The notes: generated by a model not told the origin, from the sequence alone. Counted from the first letter of the stretch, positions 26,001 to 42,000 are shown. The stretch: DNA of 64,000 nt from Escherichia coli (GCF_009931435.1 NZ_CP043414.1), one strand, 5' to 3'. Numbers and translations: made by a program.

Positions 26001-27122
26001 ATGGAATACCAACTCACTCTTAACTGGCCCGATTTTCTTGAACGTCACTGGCAGAAACGCCCGGTGGTGTTAAAACGCGGCTTTAATAATTTTATTGACC
26101 CGATCTCTCCAGACGAGTTGGCGGGTCTGGCGATGGAAAGCGAAGTCGACAGTCGACTGGTCAGTCACCAGGATGGCAAATGGCAGGTCAGCCACGGCCC
26201 GTTCGAAAGCTACGATCATCTCGGTGAAACCAACTGGTCGTTACTGGTACAGGCAGTGAACCACTGGCATGAGCCGAGCGCCTCGCTGATGCGGCCGTTC
26301 CGTGAACTGCCGGACTGGCGTATTGATGACCTGATGATCTCTTTTTCCGTACCTGGCGGCGGCGTCGGCCCACATCTCGATCAGTACGACGTGTTTATCA
26401 TTCAGGGTACCGGACGTCGTCGCTGGCGAGTGGGCGAAAAGCTGCAAATGAAACAGCACTGCCCGCACCCGGATCTGTTACAGGTCGATCCGTTCGAAGC
26501 CATCATTGATGAAGAACTGGAGCCAGGCGATATTCTTTATATTCCGCCAGGATTCCCCCATGAAGGCTACGCGCTGGAAAATGCGATGAACTATTCCGTG
26601 GGTTTTCGCGCGCCAAATACGCGGGAACTGATTAGCGGATTTGCCGATTATGTGCTGCAACGTGAACTGGGCGGCAACTACTACAGCGATCCTGATGTTC
26701 CACCTCGCGCTCATCCTGCGGACGTTCTGCCGCAAGAGATGGATAAACTGCGTGAGATGATGCTCGAATTGATCAACCAGCCGGAACACTTTAAGCAATG
26801 GTTTGGCGAGTTTATATCCCAGTCACGTCATGAACTGGATATCGCGCCGCCAGAGCCGCCTTATCAGCCGGATGAAATCTACGATGCGCTGAAACAAGGT
26901 GATGTGCTGGTGCGTCTGGGTGGTCTGCGCGTATTGCGCATTGGCGACGACGTGTATGCCAATGGTGAGAAGATCGATTCCCCGCACCGTCCGGCACTGG
27001 ATGCGCTCGCCAGCAACATTGCGCTGACCGCGGAGAATTTTGGCGATGCGCTGGAAGATCCGTCATTCCTCGCGATGCTCGCGGCGCTGGTCAATAGCGG
27101 GTATTGGTTCTTCGAAGGGTAA
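26001..27122 (+). CDS. roxA: Ribosomal protein uL16 arginine hydroxylase RoxA (YcfD)
   Basis: 373 aa from MEYQLTLNWPDFLERHWQKRP. JmjC/cupin motif GVGPHLDQYDVFIIQ. Confidence 0.92.
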   Translation: MEYQLTLNWPDFLERHWQKRPVVLKRGFNNFIDPISPDELAGLAMESEVDSRLVSHQDGKWQVSHGPFESYDHLGETNWSLLVQAVNHWHEPSASLMRPFRELPDWRIDDLMISFSVPGGGVGPHLDQYDVFIIQGTGRRRWRVGEKLQMKQHCPHPDLLQVDPFEAIIDEELEPGDILYIPPGFPHEGYALENAMNYSVGFRAPNTRELISGFADYVLQRELGGNYYSDPDVPPRAHPADVLPQEMDKLREMMLELINQPEHFKQWFGEFISQSRHELDIAPPEPPYQPDEIYDALKQGDVLVRLGGLRVLRIGDDVYANGEKIDSPHRPALDALASNIALTAENFGDALEDPSFLAMLAALVNSGYWFFEG

Positions 27123-27137
27123 GTTTGAAGTTAAGCT

Positions 27138-27168
27138 GGATGCGGCATCACATGCCGCATCCCTTTTC
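27138..27168 (+). terminator. roxA terminator hairpin
   Basis: ggatgcggcat-cac-atgccgcatcc is followed by CTTTTC. It lies between the convergent roxA and pepT. Confidence 0.7.
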
Positions 27169-27169
27169 G

Positions 27170-28396
27170 CTACTTCCGTTGCGCCGTTAACTCGGCAATA
27201 CGGACGATCACCTGCACCGCTTTTTCCATACCTTCCAGAGTCACAAATTCATGCTTACCATGGTAGTTGTAACCGCCAGTGAACAGGTTCGGACACGGTA
27301 ATCCCATAAACGACAACTGCGCGCCGTCGGTACCACCGCGGATCGGTTTCAGTTCCGGCTCAATATCGCAGTCACGCATCGCCTGCTGAGCGATATCGAG
27401 AATATGCGGATGCTCAACCACTTTCTCGCGCATATTGTAGTAACTGTCTTCAATCACCAGTTCAATGTAGCAATCAGGATGTAACCCTTTGCCCACTTTT
27501 TTGGCGATCTCCATCATTTTACGTTTACGCGCTTCAAACTGTTTACGGTCGAAATCACGAATGATGTAGTGCATATCGGCCCGTTCAACGGTGCCTTTCA
27601 TGCTCGCCAGGTGATAGAAACCTTCATAGCCTTCTGTCATTTCCGGGCTTTCATTTGCCGGAACTTCCGCATGAATACGTGCCGCCAGCGAAAGCGCATT
27701 TACCATCACTCCTTTCGCCGTGCCCGGGTGAACATTGTTACCGACAATTTTGATATTGACCGACGCGGCGTTGAAGTTTTCAAACTCCAGTTCGCCTACG
27801 CCACCACCATCAACGGTGTAAGCCCAGCGGGCATCGAAGGCGTCAACATCAAAATGTTTCGCCCCTTTGCCCACTTCTTCATCCGGGGTAAAGGCGACAC
27901 GAATATCACCATGCGGAATGTTTTTTTGTTGTAATACCGCCAGCGCGGTCATGATTTCTGCAATACCAGCTTTATCATCGGCACCTAACAAGGTTTTACC
28001 ATCGGTGGTAATCAGCGTCTGACCCAGTAGCTGATGCAGCACCGGGAACATAACCGGTGATAAAACTTCATCGCCGATACCCAGCGCAATATCGCCACCG
28101 CGATAGTTTTCAACGATTTGCGGATTCACATTTTTGCCGCTGCAATCCGGTGAGGTATCCACATGAGAAATAAAGCCAATCGCGGGGATATCGCCAGGGA
28201 CGTTAGCCGGTAACGTCGCCATCAACGTGCCCTTCTCACTTAAGGTCACATTGATAAGCCCCATCTCTTCGAGCTGCTCTTTCAGCAGATGCAATAACTT
28301 CCATTGGCCTTCCGTGCTGGGAACCTGTCTCACCCCGGCTTTTGATTGGGTATCCAGAGACACGTAGTTCAAAAATCGCTCAAGTAGTTTATCCAT
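27170..28396 (-). CDS. pepT: Peptidase T (tripeptidase)
   Basis: 408 aa from [20 protein letters not shown]20 peptidase motifs (HVDTSPD, GADDKAG). Confidence 0.95.
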   Translation of the reverse strand: MDKLLERFLNYVSLDTQSKAGVRQVPSTEGQWKLLHLLKEQLEEMGLINVTLSEKGTLMATLPANVPGDIPAIGFISHVDTSPDCSGKNVNPQIVENYRGGDIALGIGDEVLSPVMFPVLHQLLGQTLITTDGKTLLGADDKAGIAEIMTALAVLQQKNIPHGDIRVAFTPDEEVGKGAKHFDVDAFDARWAYTVDGGGVGELEFENFNAASVNIKIVGNNVHPGTAKGVMVNALSLAARIHAEVPANESPEMTEGYEGFYHLASMKGTVERADMHYIIRDFDRKQFEARKRKMMEIAKKVGKGLHPDCYIELVIEDSYYNMREKVVEHPHILDIAQQAMRDCDIEPELKPIRGGTDGAQLSFMGLPCPNLFTGGYNYHGKHEFVTLEGMEKAVQVIVRIAELTAQRK

Positions 28397-28645
28397 GTAG
28401 TCACCCTCACTTTTTGTGACAACATTATTAAGAAGCAAGAAAAGACAAATATTGCGTCAGGTCACTTTTAGCCCTGCAAGCGGGAATATTTATCAGCATT
28501 ACCTTAATGAATATAAAGCTAAGCCAGTAATTCACAACAAAGATTGGCGATTCAAGCGGTTTGCCGTAGAATTACCGCCCTCATTAAGAGTCACCAAGGT
28601 GGTTAACCACAAACCCCGCATCGGTAAGCCATCCGTTGCGTTTAC

Positions 28646-29782
28646 ATGGGACAGAGTAAAAAATTGAATAAACAATCGAGTTCGCTTTCACCGCTGGTGC
28701 AATTGGCGGGAATTCGCAAATGCTTTGATGGTAAAGAGGTCATTCCCCAGCTTGATCTCACTATTAATAATGGCGAGTTCCTCACGCTGCTTGGCCCTTC
28801 TGGCTGCGGTAAAACAACCGTTCTTCGCCTGATTGCCGGTCTGGAAACTGTTGATTCCGGACGCATCATGCTGGATAACGAGGACATCACCCATGTTCCG
28901 GCGGAAAACCGCTATGTGAACACTGTTTTCCAAAGCTACGCACTTTTCCCCCACATGACCGTGTTCGAAAATGTGGCCTTTGGGTTGCGCATGCAAAAAA
29001 CCCCCGCTGCTGAAATTACGCCCCGCGTGATGGAAGCCCTGCGGATGGTGCAGCTGGAAACCTTCGCTCAACGTAAACCGCATCAGCTTTCTGGTGGTCA
29101 ACAGCAACGCGTCGCCATTGCTCGCGCGGTGGTTAACAAGCCTCGTCTGTTGTTGCTGGATGAGTCGCTCTCAGCGCTGGATTACAAACTGCGTAAACAG
29201 ATGCAGAACGAGCTGAAAGCGCTACAGCGTAAGCTTGGCATTACATTCGTCTTCGTGACTCACGACCAGGAAGAAGCACTCACCATGTCGGACAGGATTG
29301 TGGTGATGCGCGATGGTCGCATTGAGCAAGACGGCACGCCGCGTGAAATCTACGAAGAGCCGAAAAACCTGTTTGTTGCTGGGTTTATCGGTGAAATCAA
29401 TATGTTTAATGCCACGGTCATCGAACGTCTCGACGAGCAGCGCGTACGCGCCAACGTTGAAGGCCGCGAGTGTAATATCTACGTTAACTTCGGCGTTGAA
29501 CCGGGGCAAAAACTGCATGTTCTGCTGCGCCCGGAAGACTTACGTGTTGAAGAGATTAACGACGACAACCACGCTGAAGGGCTGATTGGTTACGTTCGCG
29601 AGCGTAACTACAAAGGCATGACGCTGGAGTCGGTTGTTGAACTGGAAAATGGCAAGATGGTGATGGTCAGCGAATTCTTCAATGAAGACGATCCTGACTT
29701 TGACCACTCTCTCGACCAAAAAATGGCCATTAATTGGGTAGAAAGCTGGGAGGTCGTACTGGCTGATGAAGAACACAAGTAA
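28646..29782 (+). CDS. potA: Spermidine/putrescine ABC transporter ATPase PotA
   Basis: 378 aa. Walker [10 protein letters not shown], signature [14 protein letters not shown], Walker B LLLLDE. Confidence 0.97.
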   Translation: MGQSKKLNKQSSSLSPLVQLAGIRKCFDGKEVIPQLDLTINNGEFLTLLGPSGCGKTTVLRLIAGLETVDSGRIMLDNEDITHVPAENRYVNTVFQSYALFPHMTVFENVAFGLRMQKTPAAEITPRVMEALRMVQLETFAQRKPHQLSGGQQQRVAIARAVVNKPRLLLLDESLSALDYKLRKQMQNELKALQRKLGITFVFVTHDQEEALTMSDRIVVMRDGRIEQDGTPREIYEEPKNLFVAGFIGEINMFNATVIERLDEQRVRANVEGRECNIYVNFGVEPGQKLHVLLRPEDLRVEEINDDNHAEGLIGYVRERNYKGMTLESVVELENGKMVMVSEFFNEDDPDFDHSLDQKMAINWVESWEVVLADEEHK

Positions 29783-30623
29783 GTTCCAGAATGTAGTGAT
29801 TGTCACTATTGTCGGTTGGCTTGTGTTGTTTGTCTTTCTGCCCAACCTGATGATCATTGGCACCAGCTTTTTGACCCGCGACGACGCCAGTTTCGTCAAA
29901 ATGGTCTTTACGCTGGATAACTACACGCGTCTGCTCGATCCGCTTTATTTTGAAGTGCTATTGCACTCGCTGAATATGGCGCTGATCGCCACCCTCGCCT
30001 GCCTGGTGCTGGGCTATCCTTTTGCCTGGTTTCTGGCGAAGCTGCCACACAAGGTGCGTCCGCTGCTGCTGTTTCTGCTGATTGTTCCGTTCTGGACCAA
30101 CTCATTGATTCGTATCTATGGGCTGAAAATTTTCCTCAGTACCAAAGGCTATCTCAACGAGTTTTTGCTCTGGTTGGGTATTATCGATACACCAATTCGC
30201 ATTATGTTCACACCCAGTGCGGTGATTATCGGTCTGGTTTACATTCTGCTGCCGTTTATGGTGATGCCGCTGTACTCCAGTATCGAAAAACTGGATAAGC
30301 CGTTGCTGGAGGCGGCGCGCGATCTCGGTGCCAGCAAGTTGCAGACCTTTATCCGCATCATTATCCCACTGACGATGCCGGGAATTATTGCCGGATGTCT
30401 GCTGGTGATGCTGCCAGCGATGGGCCTGTTCTACGTGTCTGACCTGATGGGCGGTGCGAAAAACCTGCTGATTGGTAACGTCATCAAGGTCCAGTTCCTC
30501 AATATTCGTGACTGGCCGTTTGGTGCTGCCACCAGCATTACGCTGACTATCGTAATGGGCCTGATGTTGCTGGTTTACTGGCGCGCTTCTCGTTTGCTGA
30601 ATAAGAAGGTGGAACTCGAATGA
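29766..30623 (+). CDS. potB: Spermidine/putrescine ABC permease PotB
   Basis: Polytopic permease overlapping the potA end. The start is uncertain: 285 aa from 29766, or a shorter form starting near IVTIVGWLV. Confidence 0.9.
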   Translation: MKNTSKFQNVVIVTIVGWLVLFVFLPNLMIIGTSFLTRDDASFVKMVFTLDNYTRLLDPLYFEVLLHSLNMALIATLACLVLGYPFAWFLAKLPHKVRPLLLFLLIVPFWTNSLIRIYGLKIFLSTKGYLNEFLLWLGIIDTPIRIMFTPSAVIIGLVYILLPFMVMPLYSSIEKLDKPLLEAARDLGASKLQTFIRIIIPLTMPGIIAGCLLVMLPAMGLFYVSDLMGGAKNLLIGNVIKVQFLNIRDWPFGAATSITLTIVMGLMLLVYWRASRLLNKKVELE

Positions 30624-31414
30624 TCGGTCGACTGCTTCGCGGCGGTTTTATGACCGCTATCTACGCGTACCTGTATATCCCAATCATTATTTTGATTGTG
30701 AACTCTTTCAACAGCTCGCGCTTTGGCATCAACTGGCAGGGTTTTACCACCAAATGGTATAGCCTGCTGATGAACAACGACAGTCTGTTGCAGGCAGCTC
30801 AGCATTCACTGACGATGGCGGTGTTTTCGGCGACGTTTGCTACGCTTATCGGTTCACTGACGGCAGTTGCGTTGTACCGTTATCGCTTTCGTGGTAAGCC
30901 GTTCGTTAGCGGAATGCTGTTTGTGGTGATGATGTCACCAGATATCGTAATGGCGATTTCGCTGCTGGTGCTGTTTATGCTGCTGGGTATTCAGCTTGGC
31001 TTCTGGTCGCTGCTGTTCTCGCATATCACCTTTTGCCTGCCGTTTGTGGTGGTGACGGTGTATTCGCGCCTGAAAGGTTTTGATGTGCGAATGCTGGAAG
31101 CGGCGAAAGATCTCGGTGCCAGCGAATTTACCATTCTGCGAAAAATCATTCTGCCACTGGCAATGCCAGCGGTAGCGGCGGGCTGGGTGTTAAGCTTTAC
31201 CCTGTCGATGGACGACGTGGTGGTTTCTTCGTTTGTCACCGGGCCGAGTTATGAAATTCTGCCGTTAAAAATTTATTCGATGGTCAAAGTCGGCGTATCG
31301 CCGGAAGTTAACGCGCTGGCAACCATATTACTGGTGCTGTCGCTGGTGATGGTAATTGCCAGCCAGCTTATTGCTCGTGATAAAACGAAAGGTAACACAG
31401 GGGACGTTAAATGA
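30620..31414 (+). CDS. potC: Spermidine/putrescine ABC permease PotC
   Basis: 264 aa. ATGA overlap with potB. EAA-type loop EAAKDLGAS. Confidence 0.95.
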   Translation: MIGRLLRGGFMTAIYAYLYIPIIILIVNSFNSSRFGINWQGFTTKWYSLLMNNDSLLQAAQHSLTMAVFSATFATLIGSLTAVALYRYRFRGKPFVSGMLFVVMMSPDIVMAISLLVLFMLLGIQLGFWSLLFSHITFCLPFVVVTVYSRLKGFDVRMLEAAKDLGASEFTILRKIILPLAMPAVAAGWVLSFTLSMDDVVVSSFVTGPSYEILPLKIYSMVKVGVSPEVNALATILLVLSLVMVIASQLIARDKTKGNTGDVK

Positions 31415-32457
31415 AAAAATGGTCACGCCACCTGCTCGCGGCGGGTGCTCTGGCACTGGGCATGAGCGCCGCTCACGCCGATGACAACAACACGCTGTAT
31501 TTCTACAACTGGACCGAGTACGTGCCGCCAGGACTGCTTGAACAGTTCACCAAAGAAACAGGTATTAAGGTTATCTATTCGACTTACGAGTCGAACGAAA
31601 CCATGTACGCGAAGCTGAAAACGTACAAAGACGGTGCCTATGACCTGGTGGTTCCTTCAACCTATTACGTCGATAAAATGCGTAAAGAAGGGATGATCCA
31701 GAAGATCGACAAGTCGAAGTTAAGCAATTTCAGCAACCTCGATCCAGACATGCTCAACAAGCCGTTTGACCCGAATAACGACTATTCCATTCCGTATATC
31801 TGGGGTGCGACGGCGATTGGCGTTAACGGTGATGCGGTGGATCCGAAATCTGTCACCAGCTGGGCCGATCTGTGGAAACCTGAGTACAAAGGCAGCCTGC
31901 TGCTGACCGACGATGCCCGTGAAGTGTTCCAGATGGCGCTGCGTAAGCTGGGCTACTCCGGTAACACCACCGATCCGAAAGAGATTGAAGCTGCATACAA
32001 CGAGCTGAAAAAACTGATGCCAAACGTCGCGGCGTTTAACTCCGATAACCCAGCTAACCCGTATATGGAAGGCGAAGTTAACCTCGGCATGATCTGGAAC
32101 GGTTCTGCTTTCGTTGCACGCCAGGCGGGTACGCCAATTGACGTGGTGTGGCCGAAAGAAGGCGGCATTTTCTGGATGGACAGTCTGGCAATTCCGGCAA
32201 ATGCCAAAAACAAAGAAGGCGCGCTGAAATTGATTAACTTCCTGCTGCGCCCGGATGTGGCAAAACAGGTTGCTGAAACTATCGGTTATCCAACGCCAAA
32301 CCTCGCCGCGCGTAAGCTGTTAAGCCCGGAAATAGCGAACGATAAAACGCTCTACCCGGATGCTGAAACCATTAAAAATGGCGAATGGCAGAATGACGTT
32401 GGCGCAGCCAGCAGCATTTATGAAGAGTATTATCAGAAGCTGAAAGCAGGACGTTAA
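31411..32457 (+). CDS. potD: Spermidine/putrescine periplasmic binding protein PotD
   Basis: 348 aa. Signal peptide MKKWSRHLLAAGALALGMSAAHA. Confidence 0.96.
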   Translation: MKKWSRHLLAAGALALGMSAAHADDNNTLYFYNWTEYVPPGLLEQFTKETGIKVIYSTYESNETMYAKLKTYKDGAYDLVVPSTYYVDKMRKEGMIQKIDKSKLSNFSNLDPDMLNKPFDPNNDYSIPYIWGATAIGVNGDAVDPKSVTSWADLWKPEYKGSLLLTDDAREVFQMALRKLGYSGNTTDPKEIEAAYNELKKLMPNVAAFNSDNPANPYMEGEVNLGMIWNGSAFVARQAGTPIDVVWPKEGGIFWMDSLAIPANAKNKEGALKLINFLLRPDVAKQVAETIGYPTPNLAARKLLSPEIANDKTLYPDAETIKNGEWQNDVGAASSIYEEYYQKLKAGR

Positions 32458-32465
32458 TTCAGCAA

Positions 32466-32495
32466 GCGGGCGGTGGTATTACCGCCCGTTTTTTA
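32466..32495 (+). terminator. potABCD terminator
   Basis: gcgggcgg-tggtatta-ccgcccg is followed by TTTTTT. Confidence 0.85.
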
Positions 32496-32559
32496 TTTAG
32501 CAAGGATGTGGCTAATGTTGCTGTTATGGACGAGTAAACGCTAAAAGAGGCAGTAAATA

Positions 32560-32657
32560 TGCCAGATGCGGCGTCAACGCCTTCTCTGGTCTACGACACC
32601 CGGAAATTCAATTCATTGCGCCCCATCGCAGGCCTGATAAGCGTAGCGCATCAGGCC
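32560..32657. repeat. REP/BIME elements
   Basis: gccagatgcggcgtcaacgccttctctggtctac and aggcctgataagcgtagcgcatcaggcc are classic REP palindromes. Confidence 0.85.
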
Positions 32658-32669
32658 ATTACTCCTGAT

Positions 32670-33491
32670 TTATAATCCTTTCAGCAATTTCTCAACAAAC
32701 TCTGGTACCACCTGGCTTGCCGGGCCGTAATATTTCTCGGCAAATTCATTACCGACCTGACTCGGTTCAAGATTGAGTTCGACAGTGTGCGCACCATGCA
32801 GTTTCGCTTCGTGAACAAACCCAGCCGCCGGATAAACATGCCCTGATGTACCAATGGCAATGAAAATATCGGCCATCGACAACGCCATATAAATTTCATC
32901 CATGCCGAGTGGCATTTCGCCAAACCAAACGACGTGCGGGCGCAAGGGTGCCGGGAACTGGCAACAATGGCATTTATCGTCTGACGTAACGTCTCCGGTC
33001 CAGTCGAGAATCTGACCACTTTGCGAACAACGTACTTTCAGCAATTCCCCATGCATATGAATCACATTGGTATTACCTGCGCGTTCGTGCAGATTGTCGA
33101 TATTCTGCGTCACCAGCAAAAAGCGATCGCCGAGAGCATCTTGCAGTTTAGCCAGCGCAAGATGCGCGGCGTTAGGCTGAATTTCTGGCTGCTGCAGCTG
33201 TCGACGGCGGGCGTTATAAAACGCTTGTACCAGTTCAGGATCGCGATCGAAACCTTCCGGCGTTGCCACATCTTCAACCCGATGTTCTTCCCACAGGCCA
33301 TCTGCGGCGCGAAAGGTACGAATACCTGATTCCGCAGAAATACCTGCCCCAGTCAGTACGAGTACTCTTGGTTTTTCCATTGCTTCCGGCACCACTTTAT
33401 CTCTGAAAAAAATACGCTGACGCAAACGCTCGCGCAGGCGGCGTTTATTTTTACGAAAACGACTTAACCGATGACCCCGACGCGACAGCAT
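32670..33491 (-). CDS. cobB: NAD-dependent protein deacylase CobB (sirtuin), long isoform
   Basis: 273 aa. [19 protein letters not shown]... N-terminal extension, [13 protein letters not shown], and a Zn ribbon CSQSG...CHCC. It ends ...EKLLKGL*, whereas I remember K-12 continuing with KAGSIA. Confidence 0.93.
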   Translation of the reverse strand: MLSRRGHRLSRFRKNKRRLRERLRQRIFFRDKVVPEAMEKPRVLVLTGAGISAESGIRTFRAADGLWEEHRVEDVATPEGFDRDPELVQAFYNARRRQLQQPEIQPNAAHLALAKLQDALGDRFLLVTQNIDNLHERAGNTNVIHMHGELLKVRCSQSGQILDWTGDVTSDDKCHCCQFPAPLRPHVVWFGEMPLGMDEIYMALSMADIFIAIGTSGHVYPAAGFVHEAKLHGAHTVELNLEPSQVGNEFAEKYYGPASQVVPEFVEKLLKGL

Positions 33492-33506
33492 AGCAACCTC
33501 TGTTGT

Positions 33507-34418
33507 TTACTCGGTTAGATGTAGGAAAGCCGCACCACGCATTCCTCCCGCATCACCGTGGCGCGCGCGTTCAATGCGCGGAACACGAGCTACAGGTAAG
33601 AGATGACGAGGCAGCCTGTCCGCCAGTTGCGTTGTGATTGCCGGGAAATTCGATAAGCCACCACCAATGACGACCAGGTCAGGGTCAACAATGGTCAGGA
33701 TATTTCCCAGACAAACCGCTAATAAATCCAGATAACGCTCAACGTGCGCCCTTGCCTGCTCATCGCCTTGATCATAAAGCGCAATAATTTCGGGAGCCTG
33801 CAACGGTTGATGATAATAGTGTTGATACAGCCACGCAAAACCGCGACCAGACAGATAATTTTCAATGCAGCCATGCTGACCACAGCCGCAGCGGCGTAAC
33901 GGGAAATCCAGCCCCATCATGGTTAACGCATCAACCGGCAGACGCATATGGCCAAACTCGCCGGTAATATAGCTTTTACCGGTAATTGGTTTACCGTTGA
34001 AAATCAGCCCGCCGCCAACGCCGGTGCCGAGAATCAACCCCATCACCAGTGGATATTGAGTAAATTCATCATCCCAGGCTTCTGAAAGGGCAAAACAGTT
34101 GGCATCGTTATCAAGGCGGACATCGCGATCAAGACGTGCGCTCAGATCTGCACGCAGCGATTTACCGCTGGCAGCGGGGACATTGGCGGCATACAGCGTA
34201 CCATCTTCTGTTTCCGGCATTCCCGGAATACCGATGCCGACAGAACCTTTACAGCCAAAACGTTGGTCAGCTTCGGCTACCAGCTCGCACACTGCATCTA
34301 AAAATGCGTCATAGCTGTCACGCGGTGTCGGCACCCGCTTTTCCCACTGCAACTGCCGACCGCTATCAAACACGCCAAGCGCAATTTTTGTTCCACCAAT
34401 ATCAAACCCGTAATACAT
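33507..34418 (-). CDS. nagK: N-acetylglucosamine kinase NagK
   Basis: 303 aa from [19 protein letters not shown] zinc motif [10 protein letters not shown]. Confidence 0.94.
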   Translation of the reverse strand: MYYGFDIGGTKIALGVFDSGRQLQWEKRVPTPRDSYDAFLDAVCELVAEADQRFGCKGSVGIGIPGMPETEDGTLYAANVPAASGKSLRADLSARLDRDVRLDNDANCFALSEAWDDEFTQYPLVMGLILGTGVGGGLIFNGKPITGKSYITGEFGHMRLPVDALTMMGLDFPLRRCGCGQHGCIENYLSGRGFAWLYQHYYHQPLQAPEIIALYDQGDEQARAHVERYLDLLAVCLGNILTIVDPDLVVIGGGLSNFPAITTQLADRLPRHLLPVARVPRIERARHGDAGGMRGAAFLHLTE

Positions 34419-34446
34419 TGCCGCTCCTTGTTTTAATGTACTGCCT

Positions 34447-37704
<3,258 letters not shown>

Positions 37705-37846
37705 CTAAATTGCCATGTTTTATCATCAATCTTGCCGCCTGATCTTAATCTGAAAAATCATCCAATACAGACAGATACCCATTACACCTCGGGTCATAAC
37801 CCGCAGGATCAACCGCATGTAAATTAAAAAAGAGCGTGTTGTCCTG

Positions 37847-38920
37847 ATGAAACAAAAAGAGCTATGGATTAACCAGATCAAAGGGTTATGTATTTGTCTT
37901 GTAGTGATTTATCACTCGGTCATTACCTTTTATCCGCATCTGACCACTTTTCAGCATCCGTTATCGGAAGTCCTGAGCAAATGCTGGATCTATTTCAATC
38001 TTTACCTTGCCCCCTTTCGTATGCCGGTTTTTTTCTTTATTTCTGGCTATTTGATTCGCCGCTATATCGATAGCGTGCCATGGGGAAATTGTCTCGATAA
38101 ACGCATCTGGAGCATCTTCTGGGTGCTGGCACTTTGGGGCGTAGTGCAGTGGCTGGCGATAAGTGCACTAAATCAGTGGCTGGCACCTGAGCGCAATTTA
38201 AGTAATGCCTCCAATGCCGCTTATGCCGATTCTACCGATGAGTTCCTGCACGGAATGATCACCGCCAGCACCAGCTTGTGGTATCTGTATGCTTTAATTG
38301 TCTATTTCGTGATATGTAAAATTTTTAACCGCCTGGCCCTGCCGTTATTTGTTCTGTTTGTACTGATGAGTGTGGCGGTTAATTTCGTACCCACACCGTG
38401 GTGGGGAATGAACAGTGTGATCCGCAATTTGCCTTATTACAGCCTTGGCGCATGGTTTGGCGCAACATTAATGACCTGTGTTAAAGAGGTGCCGTTGCGC
38501 CGCCATCTGCTGATGGCTTCTTTGCTGGCTGTTCTGGCGGTCGGTGCCTGGTTGTTTACTATCTCGCTGCTGTTGTCGCTGGTATCGATTGTGGTGATCA
38601 TGAAACTGTTTTATCAGTACGAGCAACGTTTCGGTATGCGCCCCACCAGCCTGCTGAATGTGATTGGCTCCAACACCATTGCTATCTACACCACCCATCG
38701 CATACTGGTAGAAATATTCAGCTTAAGCCTGATTCCGCAAATGAACGCGGCACGCTGGTCGCCGCAAGTCGAACTGACGCTCCTGCTGGTTTACCCCTTT
38801 GTCAGTTTGTTGATTTGTACTGTTGCGGGCTTGCTGGTAAGAAAACTTTCACAGCGCGCATTCAGCGATCTGTTGTTCTCCCCGCCTTCTCTGCCCGCTG
38901 CCGTCAGTTACTCCCGCTAA
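37847..38920 (+). CDS. ycfT: Inner-membrane acyltransferase-3 family protein YcfT
   Basis: 357 aa, polytopic. Synteny between lolC and mfd. Confidence 0.88.
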   Translation: MKQKELWINQIKGLCICLVVIYHSVITFYPHLTTFQHPLSEVLSKCWIYFNLYLAPFRMPVFFFISGYLIRRYIDSVPWGNCLDKRIWSIFWVLALWGVVQWLAISALNQWLAPERNLSNASNAAYADSTDEFLHGMITASTSLWYLYALIVYFVICKIFNRLALPLFVLFVLMSVAVNFVPTPWWGMNSVIRNLPYYSLGAWFGATLMTCVKEVPLRRHLLMASLLAVLAVGAWLFTISLLLSLVSIVVIMKLFYQYEQRFGMRPTSLLNVIGSNTIAIYTTHRILVEIFSLSLIPQMNAARWSPQVELTLLLVYPFVSLLICTVAGLLVRKLSQRAFSDLLFSPPSLPAAVSYSR

Positions 38921-39047
38921 GCCATCGCCCCAGCCGGGGCGATTCAATTTGCTAAACCATGTCGATTACGGATAATGAACAGCATTGCTTATCAGAGATA
39001 TGCCCCCATATGTTGAGGCATATCCTAACGAGAATCTGACAACCGTT

Positions 39048-42000
39048 ATGCCTGAACAATATCGTTATACGCTGCCCGTCAAAGCGGGTGAGCAGCGTCT
39101 GCTGGGCGAGTTAACTGGCGCTGCCTGCGCGACGCTGGTAGCGGAAATTGCCGAACGTCACGCCGGTCCGGTGGTACTTATTGCACCAGATATGCAAAAT
39201 GCCCTGCGTTTGCATGATGAAATCAGCCAGTTTACCGATCAGATGGTGATGAATCTGGCGGACTGGGAAACCCTTCCCTACGACAGTTTTTCGCCTCATC
39301 AGGACATTATCTCCTCACGCCTTTCCACTCTTTACCAGCTACCAACGATGCAGCGTGGCGTACTGATTGTTCCGGTGAATACGCTTATGCAGCGCGTTTG
39401 CCCGCACAGTTTCCTCCACGGCCACGCGCTGATGATGAAAAAAGGTCAGCGGTTATCTCGTGATGCCTTACGTACGCAACTGGACAGTGCCGGTTATCGC
39501 CATGTTGACCAGGTTATGGAGCACGGCGAATACGCCACGCGCGGCGCGTTGCTGGATCTTTTCCCGATGGGCAGCGACTTGCCTTATCGTCTTGATTTTT
39601 TTGATGATGAAATCGATAGCCTGCGCGTATTTGACGTTGACAGCCAGCGTACGCTGGAGGAAGTAGAAGCCATCAATCTGCTGCCCGCGCACGAATTTCC
39701 GACAGATAAAGCGGCAATTGAACTGTTCCGCAGCCAGTGGCGCGATACCTTCGAAGTGAAGCGCGACCCGGAACATATTTATCAGCAAGTGAGTAAAGGC
39801 ACATTACCTGCCGGGATCGAGTACTGGCAGCCGCTATTCTTCAGCGAACCGCTGCCGCCACTGTTCAGTTATTTCCCTGCCAATACGCTGTTGGTGAATA
39901 CTGGCGATCTGGAAAACAGTGCCGAACGTTTCCAGGCTGACACGCTGGCGCGTTTTGAAAATCGCGGCGTCGATCCGATGCGTCCACTGTTGCCACCACA
40001 ATCGCTCTGGCTGCGGGTAGACGAGCTCTTTTCAGAGCTAAAAAACTGGCCGCGTGTGCAGCTAAAAACTGAACATTTACCGACAAAAGCAGCGAATGCC
40101 AATTTAGGTTTCCAGAAGCTGCCAGACCTGGCCGTTCAGGCACAACAAAAAGCGCCGCTGGATGCGCTGCGTAAGTTCCTCGAGTCTTTCGACGGTCCGG
40201 TGGTGTTCTCGGTAGAAAGTGAAGGTCGCCGTGAAGCGCTGGGTGAACTGCTCGCGCGAATTAAAATTGCTCCTCAACGCATTATGCGTCTTGATGAAGC
40301 CAACGACCGTGGGCGTTATCTGATGATTGGCGCTGCCGAACATGGTTTTGTCGATACGGTACGTAATCTGGCGCTGATTTGCGAAAGCGATCTGCTCGGT
40401 GAACGCGTTGCCCGTCGTCGTCAGGATTCTCGCCGCGCCATCAACCCCGATACACTGATCCGTAACCTTGCGGAGCTGCATATTGGTCAGCCGGTGGTCC
40501 ATCTGGAGCACGGCGTCGGGCGCTATGCAGGAATGACCACGCTGGAAGCGGGCGGCATTACTGGCGAGTACCTGATGCTCACCTATGCCAACGACGCCAA
40601 ACTGTATGTTCCGGTGTCATCACTGCATCTGATTAGCCGTTACGCCGGTGGCGCGGAAGAAAACGCCCCGCTGCATAAACTTGGCGGTGATGCGTGGTCG
40701 CGGGCGCGGCAGAAAGCGGCGGAAAAAGTGCGTGATGTGGCGGCGGAATTGCTGGATATCTACGCGCAACGCGCCGCCAAAGAGGGCTTCGCGTTTAAAC
40801 ACGATCGTGAACAATATCAATTGTTCTGCGACAGCTTCCCGTTTGAAACCACGCCGGATCAGGCGCAAGCCATTAATGCAGTGCTTAGCGATATGTGTCA
40901 GCCGCTGGCGATGGATCGTCTGGTGTGCGGTGATGTTGGCTTTGGTAAAACTGAAGTCGCGATGCGCGCCGCGTTCCTGGCGGTAGATAACCACAAGCAG
41001 GTGGCGGTGCTGGTGCCTACCACCCTTCTCGCGCAGCAGCATTACGACAACTTCCGCGACCGTTTCGCCAACTGGCCGGTACGCATCGAAATGATCTCCC
41101 GTTTCCGCAGCGCCAAAGAGCAGACGCAAATCCTTGCGGAAGTGGCGGAAGGGAAAATCGATATTCTGATCGGTACGCACAAACTGCTGCAAAATGACGT
41201 CAAGTTTAAAGATTTAGGTCTGCTGATTGTCGATGAAGAACACCGCTTCGGGGTGCGTCATAAAGAGCGCATCAAAGCGATGCGGGCGAACGTGGATATT
41301 CTGACACTTACCGCAACGCCGATCCCACGTACGCTGAATATGGCAATGAGCGGAATGCGCGATCTGTCGATTATCGCTACGCCGCCTGCCCGTCGTCTGG
41401 CAGTTAAAACCTTTGTCCGTGAGTATGACAGTCTGGTGGTCCGGGAGGCGATCCTGCGTGAAATTTTGCGCGGGGGACAGGTTTATTATCTCTACAATGA
41501 TGTGGAAAACATCCAGAAAGCTGCCGAACGACTGGCGGAGCTGGTGCCAGAGGCGCGGATCGCCATCGGTCACGGGCAGATGCGCGAGCGCGAACTGGAA
41601 CGGGTGATGAATGATTTCCATCATCAACGTTTCAACGTGCTGGTTTGTACCACCATTATCGAAACCGGGATCGATATCCCGACTGCCAACACCATTATCA
41701 TCGAGCGGGCGGATCACTTCGGTCTGGCGCAGCTGCATCAGTTGCGCGGTCGCGTCGGACGTTCGCATCATCAGGCATATGCATGGCTGCTGACGCCGCA
41801 TCCAAAAGCGATGACTACCGATGCGCAAAAACGTCTTGAAGCGATTGCCTCGCTGGAAGATCTCGGTGCAGGTTTTGCGCTGGCAACGCACGATCTGGAG
41901 ATTCGCGGCGCGGGTGAACTGCTTGGCGAAGAACAAAGCGGCTCAATGGAAACTATCGGTTTCTCGCTGTATATGGAGTTGCTGGAAAACGCCGTCGATG

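Noticed and set aside
40620-41936. 190-aa and 240-aa minus-strand ORFs inside mfd
   Set aside because: They are antisense to the helicase core of Mfd, with no RBS and no recognisable motifs.
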